DNA of 64,000 nt from positions 1 through 64,000 of the forward strand of contig JAZDNF010000006.1 of NCBI GenBank assembly GCA_043800255.1, read 5' to 3'. Every line of letters begins with the position of its first letter. Within the stretch, counting starts at the first letter, position 1. The DNA comes from Candidatus Altiarchaeota archaeon. Its GTDB lineage: Archaea; Altiarchaeota; Altiarchaeia; IMC4; SCGC-AAA252-I15. A program made the position numbers and the translations under genes. Positions 37,582 through 47,431 of this stretch are shown one piece after another. The notes under the pieces were generated by a model that worked only from the letters and a program-made list of their open reading frames with translations, made no database searches and was not told the DNA's origin.

Positions 37582-38799
37582 TTATTCGTCGTCTTTGATT
37601 TTGCTGAGGGTTAAGCGTGTGGTTTCTTCGGGGGTGGCGTATTTTCTGAGGATTTCCTCCAGTTCCTGGGGGAATTCGTGCTTTTCAAGTTTTCCGGCCA
37701 GTCCCATTATGTTTAGGGTGCTTACGTCATCCCAGAAGCCGTCTTTTTTCAGTATCTCCTCTAGTTTCTGCCTTTCCTTTGTGTTCGCGGCGGGAAATTT
37801 GAGAGCCTCTTTCACTGCAACGCGCACCCGCTTATCGGAGCCGTAGATGTACTCTACCCCCTCCTTTTTAGCGTATGCTACTAAGGCTTCAGCAAGCTGA
37901 GCATACTCCTCCTCAAACCAGGCCTTGAACTCCTGCTCCCTGACCTTCAGTTCGGCGTACTTGTTGGCTAAGACGACCCCCTCCTCAGCCATGTATTTGT
38001 TTAACGGCAGCTGCCGGGTTTTAACTTGATGTTTCTTGATTTTGCAATACTCTTGGAAGGCACACCAGGCACATAGACCGGATTCTATGGCGGGGAAATT
38101 GTCGTCGGTGGTCGCCTGTTCTATGCTTTGTATGATACCTAAAAATTCTGTTTTAAGGTCTTCCAGGTGCTGGCTCGTCCGTTTGGATCTGAGTTCCTTG
38201 TCGAATACTAGGTAATGCCATACTAAGTCAACTTCCTCTACATCGTCCCACATCTGGCGAATGCCTATCTCGTAGAGGGCTAGTTGTTGATCCCTGTTCT
38301 TCTTATCCTGGGTTGGAAGATGTTGGCTTGTCTTGTAATCGTGTATTTCATAAATTCCATCACCGACAGTATCCAGGCGGTCTATGTAGCCGATAAAATT
38401 ATACTGGTTATCGCCTAGCAGGTCTACGGTAACCATCATCTCAGTTTCGAGGGTCTTCCCTTTCTCAAAGGGTTTATAGCGGTTATAGTAGTCCACCAGA
38501 CACTTTTCGCCGACAATCCGGTAATGCTCTTGTGTCAAACCCTCCTTGTTGACGACGACGTCAGGGTTTATGTATCTCACCCAGGAGTCGTTATAACCTC
38601 CTAAAAGTTCGTCAACAGAAGCGATTTTCCCGTGATTGCGATCTATATAGAACTTCTCCAAAGCCTCATGAACCCGCTTGCCCATGAAAGCCTCAATACC
38701 CTCAAAAGCCTCGACGTCCAGCTTATCGATATACTGAAACTTAAATGCCAGAGGACAATTCTCGAAACATTGTAGACGAGAATACGAGTACCTCATCAT
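37582..38799 (-). CDS. PD-(D/E)XK RecB/AddB/Cas4-like Fe-S exonuclease
   Basis: YSYSRLQCFENCP, GYIDRLD, HDYKTS, QLALY, CAWCAFQEYC. Confidence 0.9.
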   Translation of the reverse strand: MMRYSYSRLQCFENCPLAFKFQYIDKLDVEAFEGIEAFMGKRVHEALEKFYIDRNHGKIASVDELLGGYNDSWVRYINPDVVVNKEGLTQEHYRIVGEKCLVDYYNRYKPFEKGKTLETEMMVTVDLLGDNQYNFIGYIDRLDTVGDGIYEIHDYKTSQHLPTQDKKNRDQQLALYEIGIRQMWDDVEEVDLVWHYLVFDKELRSKRTSQHLEDLKTEFLGIIQSIEQATTDDNFPAIESGLCAWCAFQEYCKIKKHQVKTRQLPLNKYMAEEGVVLANKYAELKVREQEFKAWFEEEYAQLAEALVAYAKKEGVEYIYGSDKRVRVAVKEALKFPAANTKERQKLEEILKKDGFWDDVSTLNIMGLAGKLEKHEFPQELEEILRKYATPEETTRLTLSKIKDDE

Positions 38800-38971
38800 A
38801 TAGAATAGTGGATTATTTAGTTAAAGGTGGGGGGAGCATTGGAAAAATAGTCTAACCAATACAAGCCCCTATGTTTAGATTAGTTGATGCATTGTGAACA
38901 GGTGATGCATAGTGTATCAACTAAGCCCTAGTTAGGATATCAATCAGGTGATATTGGTTCCTGTCTTAGGG

Positions 38972-38995
38972 AGTGATAAGAATCAGCTACTTCAC
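38972..38995. repeat. 24-bp direct repeat left of the four-gene cassette
   Basis: AGTGATAAGAATCAGCTACTTCAC; 22/24 identical to 41663-41686. Confidence 0.7.
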
Positions 38996-39069
38996 AGGCG
39001 CTTGGAATGGGAGAAGTGGGCTTGGGAGCGTGATGGTGTGCCTGCTCGCGTACCCGTCCAATGAATCAT

Positions 39070-40176
39070 CTATTTGTTTTCAGCTACTTTTATCCAGCGG
39101 TCCAGGTAGTCAATTTTTATGACTTGTTGAAGTTTTTTGTTTTTGACCAGCACTTGTTTTAAATCTCCGATCAGGTCTGCTTTTTTATTGTATTCCTTAA
39201 CCTCTTTTGAGCGTGCGGCAAGGTAATGGTTTATCTGGGCTTCTCTTTCGTCTTGATTATTGCAGTATCCGCAGTCGCATTTCATAAGCTCTGGTGCATT
39301 CTTTTTTATGTAGTCAAGTTCTGAGCCTGAAAACCTATTCTTCAATCCTGGGACGTAGAAGCGCGAGTATTGTCTCTGGCCGAAGCCGGGAGATGCGCGT
39401 CTTAGTCTGTCTCCTGAGTCTGCACCGTGAACAATGGCGTGTATGTTGACGTTTGGTAATAAGAGGTCGAAGAAACTGCTATATGTTGAGATTATCGGCT
39501 TACCTGTCTGGGATAACCCGTTTAGTATGTCTTTGTATCCGCTTAGGTATTCCGTTGATGCGGAGTAGACATCGAATTCTATTGCGGAAAAGCAGAAGCC
39601 GTCGGCGTCTGATTTGGCGTAGGCATTGCATATTTGGGCTGCTGCTCTTTTATTGATGAGTAAGTCTATGGTCAAAGCCAAGCCAGCATATACTTTTTTC
39701 TTAGGATATAGTTCTTTTGCGTCTTTTATGAAATTGAGGTTATGCTGTTGTGCTGGGCAGTTTTCTTCGTCTATGAATCCATAAGGTGCTATGAGAAATT
39801 CCGGGTCCACTGTTTTAGTTACCTCATCTAGGGGGTCTTCGGATAGTGCCTCGTTAATCCTGTTCTCCTGGAAGGTAAGGAATTTTCTAACAAAATCTTT
39901 TCGTCGTTTCTTATCTGATGGTATCTGCCGTATTTCATCCTCCACATCCAGCTTTGACACGTACCTAGCATGTGACCTCTTGTCCGAAACAAGATCGTAT
40001 AAGTGGGGGTCTACGACGAAAGACTTGCCGGTTTTTAGAAGAATCTGGGAGAAAGCATTGTTGTAATACTCCAGGTTTGGGCTGTCAATTACGTAGCCGT
40101 CAAAGTGATCCTTTACTTTTTCTGTGAACTTTCCTTCTTGAGCATTGTATCTGACGTAAAACTTCATTTTTGCCAC
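39070..40176 (-). CDS. TIM-barrel-like protein with TGT-type CxCxxC…H zinc site
   Basis: Alternating beta/alpha pattern; FVVDPHLY, IAPY, VHGADSGD, RFYVPGL, KCDCGYC…NHYL. Confidence 0.6.
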   Translation of the reverse strand: MAKMKFYVRYNAQEGKFTEKVKDHFDGYVIDSPNLEYYNNAFSQILLKTGKSFVVDPHLYDLVSDKRSHARYVSKLDVEDEIRQIPSDKKRRKDFVRKFLTFQENRINEALSEDPLDEVTKTVDPEFLIAPYGFIDEENCPAQQHNLNFIKDAKELYPKKKVYAGLALTIDLLINKRAAAQICNAYAKSDADGFCFSAIEFDVYSASTEYLSGYKDILNGLSQTGKPIISTYSSFFDLLLPNVNIHAIVHGADSGDRLRRASPGFGQRQYSRFYVPGLKNRFSGSELDYIKKNAPELMKCDCGYCNNQDEREAQINHYLAARSKEVKEYNKKADLIGDLKQVLVKNKKLQQVIKIDYLDRWIKVAENK

Positions 40177-40540
40177 GCTTCAAGGGTGACGATAGCCTTG
40201 ACTTGCTAATTACTTTACATTCGCCTTTTTTTATACTCAATATTCCGACTCCAAGCTCCCTGAAGGTGCCTACGTCGAGTCTGGCAGCCAGATTATGGGG
40301 TATTGCAACGTAATTGTAATGGCAGTATGATGTGTTCAAAGCTGCCTGCCTAAGTGCCCTACGCCAGTCTGAGACCTTAACTTCAACGGAGGTTAAACGC
40401 CCCGTAGACTTCCGTTTGAAGACCAGATCCATGCTTTTCCGGTAGCTTTTCTCCGGATGGGTTCTGACCTCCTCAAATGGCTCAAAACCGTCATCGAATG
40501 TGTCCAGAATAGGACCATAGAGGGAAAGCTCAGAGGCCAT
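40100..40540 (-). CDS. Small PD-(D/E)XK nuclease (MmcB/sce7726-like)
   Basis: EEV…MDLV…SVEVKVSDWRRALRQA…YVAIP…GVGIL. Confidence 0.75.
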   Translation of the reverse strand: MASELSLYGPILDTFDDGFEPFEEVRTHPEKSYRKSMDLVFKRKSTGRLTSVEVKVSDWRRALRQAALNTSYCHYNYVAIPHNLAARLDVGTFRELGVGILSIKKGECKVISKSRLSSPLKRGKNEVLRQIQCSRRKVHRKSKGSL

Positions 40541-40573
40541 TATCTTTAATTAATTGAGCCCCTAATTATTAAT

Positions 40574-41119
40574 ATGACCGTACAGAAGAATTTGAAGCCA
40601 ATCTTACTATTGTTCCTGCTCTCGAAGCTGAGCGAAAAGGGTGAGCGTAAGGTAGATAATCTGCGTTCCATGAAGCTCCTATTTCTGATACAAAAAGAGG
40701 GTGAAAAGCAGGTAGAAAAAGGATTCAACTTCGTACCATACAAATACGGCCCATATAGTGAAGACTACTTCGATACCTCAATATACCTGTCAGAGAAAGG
40801 TTTAATCGACGTGGAGACCGATGTTTCAGGAGACATCAAAGCAGTTAAAATCAAACCCGAGGGGAGTGAAAAAGTCGCAACCCTTCAAACGGCATATTCA
40901 GACATAGCATCGAGCGTCTCAAAGATAGTATCCGAATACGCAAACCTAAGCACCGACCTTCTGCTATTGTACATCTACTCGAAATATGCGGACTTCACCA
41001 TACGTTCCGAGATAAAGGACAAGATACTATCCATAGCAAAGGCCAACTTTAGCATATTACAGTCTAAGGCAAAACAATTCAACTTTTCCGAAGGAGAACT
41101 CAATTTAGTGGGGATTTAA
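40574..41119 (+). CDS. SocA/DUF4065 (Panacea)/YwgA-like winged-helix protein
   Basis: MKLLFLIQKE…FVPYKYGPYSED; LLLYIYSKY. Confidence 0.75.
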   Translation: MTVQKNLKPILLLFLLSKLSEKGERKVDNLRSMKLLFLIQKEGEKQVEKGFNFVPYKYGPYSEDYFDTSIYLSEKGLIDVETDVSGDIKAVKIKPEGSEKVATLQTAYSDIASSVSKIVSEYANLSTDLLLLYIYSKYADFTIRSEIKDKILSIAKANFSILQSKAKQFNFSEGELNLVGI

Positions 41120-41554
41120 GTGCTACGCATAATCGCGGATACAAACATCATACTATCAGGGTTATTCTTCGATAAAAACCCCGAGAAACTGTTACTGCTA
41201 GCCATAAACGGCGACCTAAAACTCATAATCCCCGAACTTGTCATAACAGAGGTAAACGAAAAAATAGAGGGAAAATTCTCAAAACAAGAAAACCTGGGGG
41301 CAGCAAGGGACTTTTGGTTCGTACTCCAAAAAGCATTCCGCGAAACAAAAGAGGACATACTCTCCGATAAGACTACTCCCATAGACTGTCCTGACTCCGA
41401 TGACACTAAGATTCTGGAATATGCAACCAAGATTAAGCCAGATTACGTCATATCAGGAAACCAACACGTACTCGACATCAAAGACCCTCCCTGTCAGATA
41501 ACCAAACTAAGAGCCTTTTTAGAAAAAGAATTTCCAGGAATCCTGGAGGATTAA
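41120..41554 (+). CDS. PIN-domain toxin (PIN_3-like)
   Basis: IIADTNIILSG, ITEV, DSDDTKILEYA, VISGN. Confidence 0.85.
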   Translation: MLRIIADTNIILSGLFFDKNPEKLLLLAINGDLKLIIPELVITEVNEKIEGKFSKQENLGAARDFWFVLQKAFRETKEDILSDKTTPIDCPDSDDTKILEYATKIKPDYVISGNQHVLDIKDPPCQITKLRAFLEKEFPGILED

Positions 41555-41662
41555 TCCTTCCAGAGACCTAAAAAAATGCACGTTGATAACATGGTGTGTT
41601 AGCCAATACAAGGGGTTATCAAAATCAGCAGAGACAAAGGGAATTTGGTGTTTGAGTCAAGC

Positions 41663-41686
41663 AGTGATGAGAATCAGCTACTCCAC
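41663..41686. repeat. 24-bp direct repeat right of the four-gene cassette
   Basis: AGTGATGAGAATCAGCTACTCCAC. Confidence 0.7.
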
Positions 41687-41697
41687 GGCTATGGTCG

Positions 41698-42384
41698 TTA
41701 CTTGAGTCTGTTGGTGAGGGTTTGTCCGGGGCCTGCTTTTCTCTGGTTTTCTCTGAATCTGATGCGGCCCTGAAGTGAGAGGATGTCCTTGTAAGCGTAG
41801 ACTTCATCTGTTGCAGAGACTATGTCGTCTTTGGCGCGGATTCCGCCGCTCTTGGAGATGATAGGCCCTCTGGCCCGCATCACGCCGGATTTGGACTCTA
41901 TGTCCCCGTTGGCTGTGATGCTCCCATCCCAGGCGATGAGACTGTCGCCTGATGTTATGGAACCTCCGGCTGCTATGTCGCCCTTGAATGAGTTTATGGC
42001 CCCGCTGTGAGAGTATATGTCTCCGCCGGCCCGTATCGGGCCATTGTCAGCGTTTATGTCCCTCTCAGCCCGTATGCTGCCGACCGCGTCTATGCCGCCG
42101 TCAGCTTCTATCCTGCTCTTCGCCCTGAAATCAGGATTCGATATTATGAGCCTGCCTCCGGTCTTCAGGCGCTCAATCTGGGAGCAGGACTCGGCCAGGA
42201 TGAAATTCTCATCCCCGCCCCTGACGGCAACCTGATTTCCCACCAGGACTGTGTAATCAATGCCTTCGAGAGTGACCTTCCCATTGGAAACAGGGCATTG
42301 CCTGCCTCCGACCGTTAACTCAGCCAGAGGTTTGATGTCCTCAAGCCCGCCCCTCTCTCCCGCACAGTAGACCTTCTGGACCAT
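41698..42384 (-). CDS. Bactofilin/FapA(DUF342)-like beta-helix protein
   Basis: IxAxGxI repeats; paralog of 23685-24257. Confidence 0.7.
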   Translation of the reverse strand: MVQKVYCAGERGGLEDIKPLAELTVGGRQCPVSNGKVTLEGIDYTVLVGNQVAVRGGDENFILAESCSQIERLKTGGRLIISNPDFRAKSRIEADGGIDAVGSIRAERDINADNGPIRAGGDIYSHSGAINSFKGDIAAGGSITSGDSLIAWDGSITANGDIESKSGVMRARGPIISKSGGIRAKDDIVSATDEVYAYKDILSLQGRIRFRENQRKAGPGQTLTNRLK

Positions 42385-42470
42385 AGTCTAAATTAAAGAA
42401 TAATATACGCATCCCCTGAATAAAAGAGGCTTCCGCAAGACTTTTAACGAGGGGCATCTAATAGTATTGA

Positions 42471-43613
42471 ATGCTTTCTAGGGTTTTGGTTGCGGGTTTG
42501 AACTGCCGTCCTGTGGCAGTCTCAGCCAAAAAGTTCATACCAGAAGTTTATGTCGTAGACTACTTCGGCGACGTTGACCTGAAACGGGCTGCCGACGGCG
42601 TCTACTCCATAGGCAAAGAGTACTCGCTGGACAGGCTGCTCAAGCGAACGAAGAAGGTCATAGGGAGGGTGAAACCTGAGGGAGTGCTGCTGACCTCAGA
42701 ATTAGGATGCAACCCAGACACCGTCAGAGAGGTGGGATACTCCTGCAAGATAATTGGGAACGGCTTCGAGCAGGTCAACTCAGTCAGAGAGTGGAAAGGC
42801 TTCTTCCACACGCTTGACAAACTGGGCATAAAACATCCGAAGACGATTCTGGTGGACAAGATAATGAACGTCGAATGGGCGTGCAAGACTATAGGGTTCC
42901 CGCTGGTGACGAAGCCATTGCACGGCTCCTCAGGACAGGGAGTCAGGCTCATCCACTCCCTGAAGGAGGCCCTTACAGAGTTCGACAAATACAAGAGGAT
43001 ACTCATCCAAGAGTACGTCAGAGGCGTGAACGCCAGCGTCTCCGTGATTTCAACAGGAGCTGATGCGACTGCAGTCTCCTTGAACGAGCAGCTCCTAGGC
43101 AAGAATGAATTCGGACAGGAGAACCAGTTCGGATACTGCGGGAACATAGTGCCATTGGAAAGCAGACTCGAGAGGAAGGCCAGAGAAGACGCCGAGACAA
43201 TATGCAGGGAGTTCAAGCTGGTCGGGAGCGTCGGAATCGACATGGTCCTGGCAGACCAGCCGTATGTGATAGAAGTGAACCCCAGATTCCACGACACGCT
43301 CGAATGCATCGAAAGGGCATACGACATTAACCTCGTCAAAGCCCACATTGAAGCAATCGGCGGGATCCTGCCAACGGTAGGGAAATCTGGAAAAACCTAC
43401 GCGAAGAGCATACTTTTTGCGGACGGCAGGCTGAAGATAGCAGGCAACCTGGAGAACGTTGAGGGCGCGGCAGACATAATGAGAGAGGGAGCGATCGTCG
43501 AAAGAGGCAACCCGGTGTGCAGCGCCATAGCAGAGGGGAAGGACAGGGACGCAGCGCTTTCAAGCCTGAACGACAAGATAATCACATTAAAAAAATGCTT
43601 CAGAAGGATTTAA
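42471..43613 (+). CDS. ATP-grasp domain protein (archaeal MJ0776-like)
   Basis: VDYFGDVD, KPLHGSSGQG, QEYVRG, IEVNPRF. Confidence 0.85.
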   Translation: MLSRVLVAGLNCRPVAVSAKKFIPEVYVVDYFGDVDLKRAADGVYSIGKEYSLDRLLKRTKKVIGRVKPEGVLLTSELGCNPDTVREVGYSCKIIGNGFEQVNSVREWKGFFHTLDKLGIKHPKTILVDKIMNVEWACKTIGFPLVTKPLHGSSGQGVRLIHSLKEALTEFDKYKRILIQEYVRGVNASVSVISTGADATAVSLNEQLLGKNEFGQENQFGYCGNIVPLESRLERKAREDAETICREFKLVGSVGIDMVLADQPYVIEVNPRFHDTLECIERAYDINLVKAHIEAIGGILPTVGKSGKTYAKSILFADGRLKIAGNLENVEGAADIMREGAIVERGNPVCSAIAEGKDRDAALSSLNDKIITLKKCFRRI

Positions 43614-43614
43614 C

Positions 43615-44955
43615 ATGCTTCTGCCGATAATAGCGTACCTTATGCTGCTGCTTGGCATAGGCATCTACTACAGCAGGATAAGAAGCCTTGACGAGTTCAT
43701 AATCGCCGGCAAAAACCTGGGCTTCTACGTTCTGGTAACTTCAATAGCTGCCACATTCTACGGCGCTGCGGCAGTGTTGGGCGGGGCGGAGCTGGCATAC
43801 TACTTCGGATTGGGAGCATTGTGGTTCATGGTACCATTCTACATAGGGAACCTGCTGGTCATACCATTCCTGGACAAGATCGAGAAATCCGGGGCTAAGA
43901 CCCTGCCGGATTTCCTGGGAAAATACTATGACAGCAGGATCGTAGTCCTGTCCTCCCTGCTGCTTGTAGTTTTATGCCTGGTGCCTTCCGAGATTCTGGC
44001 CATAGGGAAAATAATGAATGTTCTGATGCCCTACTCCACGGAAGGCTGGATGATAGCAATCACAGCGGTCGTGATACTGTACACCCTGCTCGGCGGGATG
44101 CGGTCGGTAGCGCACTCTGACATGATACAGTTCACTATCATGGCATTGTCTTTCGCGATTCTGCTGCCGTACGCGCTCAAATACAGCCCGGATTTCCTAT
44201 CCAACGTCCCGGGCGAAAACCTCGACCCTCTGGCATATTTCAGGATGCTCCCCCAGGACGCGATAAGATGGACCATACTATTGCTTTTCCTGCCGATAAC
44301 AAGCTCGCCCCTCTACATGAGGTTCTTCGCATCCCTGAAGAAAGTCGACAGGAAGAAGGCGCTGGCCGGCACAGTAATGATATATTTTGCGATTGACATG
44401 ATACTGCTGTCCAGTGGCATGATAGCCTACGCCAACTCAGAAAAGCTGGGAATAACAGAGGAGAACGCCGACATATCGCTGCTGATACTGGGCCTGAATG
44501 CGCTGCCGAAAGGCCTAACGGCGGTGTTCATAGTAGGTCTGCTGGCTGTCATGATGAGCACCGCCGATTCCTGGCTGCACGCTGGCGCCTCAAGCCTCGC
44601 CTATGACATACTGAAGAGAAGACAAGCCAATAGTGAAAGCAGCCTCATAATGGCATCCAGGCTTTTCATAATAGTGCTGGGAGTGGGAAGCCTGCTGATA
44701 GCCCTCTACTTTTTCGACATAATCGAAGCCCTGAGCGCGCTGCTGACAGTATGGATTTCAGGAGTCCTCGTGCCGACGATGGCAGCCCTGCTGTCTGTCA
44801 GAATGTCAAGCAGGGCGGCAGCCCTTTCGATGATATTAGGTACGTCAGCCTCGGTCCTTTGGACGGTAACGCCCATAATGCCGGTGGACCCGCTCTTTGT
44901 CGGCATTTTTTTCTCGCTCGCCGGCGCATTACTTGGAAGAAAACAGCGTATTTAA
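43615..44955 (+). CDS. Sodium:solute symporter (SSS) family
   Basis: Many TM helices; FIIAGK, YTLLGGMRSVAHSD, LAVMMSTADS. Confidence 0.9.
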   Translation: MLLPIIAYLMLLLGIGIYYSRIRSLDEFIIAGKNLGFYVLVTSIAATFYGAAAVLGGAELAYYFGLGALWFMVPFYIGNLLVIPFLDKIEKSGAKTLPDFLGKYYDSRIVVLSSLLLVVLCLVPSEILAIGKIMNVLMPYSTEGWMIAITAVVILYTLLGGMRSVAHSDMIQFTIMALSFAILLPYALKYSPDFLSNVPGENLDPLAYFRMLPQDAIRWTILLLFLPITSSPLYMRFFASLKKVDRKKALAGTVMIYFAIDMILLSSGMIAYANSEKLGITEENADISLLILGLNALPKGLTAVFIVGLLAVMMSTADSWLHAGASSLAYDILKRRQANSESSLIMASRLFIIVLGVGSLLIALYFFDIIEALSALLTVWISGVLVPTMAALLSVRMSSRAAALSMILGTSASVLWTVTPIMPVDPLFVGIFFSLAGALLGRKQRI

Positions 44956-44982
44956 TCTGCAAGGATTAATTGTCTATCTGAC

Positions 44983-45948
44983 ATGAAAGAGCTGATGATA
45001 TCATTAGCGGTTATCCTGCTCGTAACAGGCACCGTAGACGCCCAGATAAGGCAAAAAACGAGCATGGACGTCAACGTCACAGGCACAGAATCGGGGATGC
45101 TCTGCGCCGGCGAGCAGATAAAGGTGAGCGTGACAGACAGGCACAAGGGCACGAAGTTGGATGGAGCTGACATTGACGTGTACTACAGCAGCACCAAGAT
45201 ACTGAACCTGGAGTCAGACGAGAGGGGAGAGGCGCACTTCGTCCCGGAAAAAGCAGGCACATACAGGGTAACAGCCGAGAGAAGCAGATACTATGACAAT
45301 GAGGTGAGCTTCTACGTTGAACAGTGCATTCCAACCACAACTACAAGCATTTTCGCCTGCCCGCTCGTGAGCGTCAACCCCGATCTTGAGACGGATTGCA
45401 TCGAAAGCGGGGGCACCGTTGTCGCGGAAACAACGCCCGACGGCTGCAAGCAGCCGCCGAAATGCCACTGCAATGGAGCTGTCTCAGAGAACTGGACCTG
45501 CCAGACGGAAACTACGACGACAGTTACCACCACCATAAGCCAGAGGCAGGTCGCAAACGACCTCTTCAACAGTTCGATGGGATACTATGATGCAGGAGAC
45601 TACAACAAGACTAGGGAGCAGATCACGCTAGCATGCGACATATACCGGAACATAAGCGACCTCCCCGCGCTTGAAGAGTGCGAGAAAGTGTTGGACAACC
45701 TGCCTATGATGTTCGAGACGCCTGAGAACGACACGCCGAAAACCACGCTCACCACCATAATGAGAGAACCGGAGAAGCGGGAGAAGAAGAATACTATAGG
45801 ATTGGTACTCGCCATCGTACTGTCGCTGTTCATAATCATCATACTCGGCTCGATGATGGCAGGCGGGAAGCCGAAATCCAGCAGCCTCGGCGGGCAGTTC
45901 AGGAACATCATAAGACTCGGCGGGAAGTCAAAGCTTGAGGAAATCTGA
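44983..45948 (+). CDS. Membrane-anchored surface protein (Ig-like, Cys-rich, TPR-like)
   Basis: Signal peptide, Ig-like domain, Cys cluster, Thr linkers, C-terminal TM. Confidence 0.75.
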   Translation: MKELMISLAVILLVTGTVDAQIRQKTSMDVNVTGTESGMLCAGEQIKVSVTDRHKGTKLDGADIDVYYSSTKILNLESDERGEAHFVPEKAGTYRVTAERSRYYDNEVSFYVEQCIPTTTTSIFACPLVSVNPDLETDCIESGGTVVAETTPDGCKQPPKCHCNGAVSENWTCQTETTTTVTTTISQRQVANDLFNSSMGYYDAGDYNKTREQITLACDIYRNISDLPALEECEKVLDNLPMMFETPENDTPKTTLTTIMREPEKREKKNTIGLVLAIVLSLFIIIILGSMMAGGKPKSSSLGGQFRNIIRLGGKSKLEEI

Positions 45949-45952
45949 GGAG

Positions 45953-47431
45953 ATGGCACAGACGCCGGAGATAAAACTCCCAGGAGACACGTCAAATGTC
46001 GTGATGCGGTTCGCCCCGAACCCGAACGGCCCTCCGACGATAGGCCACGCGAGGGGGATAACGGTAAACGACCATCTCGTCAGAAAATATGATGGACAAT
46101 TCATTCTCAGGTTCGACGACACAGACCCGAAGCTGAAGAAGCCGCTTCTTGAAGCGTACGACTGGTACGTGGAGGATATTAGATGGCTGGGCGCCGAACC
46201 GGACAGGATTATAATAGCATCCGATAGGATGCCAGAATACTATAAAGCGGCTGAGGAGCTCATCAGGATGGGGAAAGCGTACGCCTGCTCATGCCCGAAG
46301 GAGGATTTCAAAAAGCTCAAGGACGCCGGCAGGGAGTGCCAGTGCAGGCCTAAAAGCGCGGAAGAAAACCTTGAAGCCTGGAAGGGGATGCTCAAAGGCG
46401 ACTACGATGAGGGGGGCATCGTGCTCAGGATAAAAACGGACTTGGAAGGCGACGACCCTGCCATAAGGGACTGGGTGGCGTTCAGGATAGTGAAGGAAAG
46501 GCATCCGAGGGTGGGAGACAAGTACATGGTATGGCCTATGCTCGACTTCGAGTCAGCCATAGAAGACCGCCTGCAGGGCGTGACTCACATCATAAGAGGC
46601 AAAGACCTGATAGACTCTGAGAAGAGGCAGAAGTTCGTATACGATTACATGAACTGGAAGTACCCCATAACCCTCCACTGGGGCAGGATAAGATTGGAGG
46701 ATTTCGGCAAGTTCAGCACCAGCGCAATATCGAAGTCAATCGCGGAGGGCGCGTACTCCGGCTGGGATGACGTCAGGCTCCCGACACTAAGAGCCTTCAG
46801 GAGGAGGGGGATAACGGCTGAAGCCATCATAAGGACGATGCTGGCTTTAGGGCTGTCCGAGAGCGACATCAGCCTCAGCATGGAAAACGTCTACGCAGAG
46901 AACAGGAAGATACTCGACCCCCTGGCAGGCAGATACTTCTTTGTCGAGGATGACGGCTTCACCGTCTCAACCGAGGGCACCCCTGGAAAGACCGTAAGGC
47001 TGCCGCTGAACCCAAACAGGAAGTTCGATGGAACAAGGGACATGGCCTTAGAAGTCAAAGACAACAGGACAGTATGCTGCATACCCAGCCAGGATGCGAT
47101 GTCCCTCAAGGAGGGGGAGGTGATAAAGCTGATAGGCCAGTATGATGTCACTATCATGGAAGTTGACATTGAAGGCAAGCTCATCAGGGCGGAGTACACA
47201 AACAGCAAGGGAGGGAAAAAACTCCATTGGACGTTTCCGCCCGGGCAGAAGGCTGGCGGAGGTAGCGTCCGTGCTGAGATTCTCATGCCGGACGGCACTA
47301 AGAAGGAAGGATACGCCGAGCACTCCTGCGTTCACCTCAACGTTGGCGATATCGTCCAGTTCGAGAGGCTGGGCTTCTGCAGGCTAGACTCAAAAGAGCC
47401 GGCGCTCACATTCTGCTTCGGCCACAGCTGA
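45953..47431 (+). CDS. gltX: Glutamate-tRNA ligase (archaeal type, short N-terminus)
   Basis: RFAPNPNGPPTIGH, LRFDDTD, THIIRGKD, KFSTS, QFERLGF; GAGGAG RBS before ATG 45953. Confidence 0.95.
   Translation: MAQTPEIKLPGDTSNVVMRFAPNPNGPPTIGHARGITVNDHLVRKYDGQFILRFDDTDPKLKKPLLEAYDWYVEDIRWLGAEPDRIIIASDRMPEYYKAAEELIRMGKAYACSCPKEDFKKLKDAGRECQCRPKSAEENLEAWKGMLKGDYDEGGIVLRIKTDLEGDDPAIRDWVAFRIVKERHPRVGDKYMVWPMLDFESAIEDRLQGVTHIIRGKDLIDSEKRQKFVYDYMNWKYPITLHWGRIRLEDFGKFSTSAISKSIAEGAYSGWDDVRLPTLRAFRRRGITAEAIIRTMLALGLSESDISLSMENVYAENRKILDPLAGRYFFVEDDGFTVSTEGTPGKTVRLPLNPNRKFDGTRDMALEVKDNRTVCCIPSQDAMSLKEGEVIKLIGQYDVTIMEVDIEGKLIRAEYTNSKGGKKLHWTFPPGQKAGGGSVRAEILMPDGTKKEGYAEHSCVHLNVGDIVQFERLGFCRLDSKEPALTFCFGHS

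Noticed and set aside
37582-38799. Cas4-like nuclease as evidence of CRISPR
   Set aside because: No repeat-spacer array or other cas genes in the window
41664-41720. GTGATGA as box C of a C/D sRNA
   Set aside because: No CTGA box D at suitable spacing; the second repeat copy reads GTGATAA
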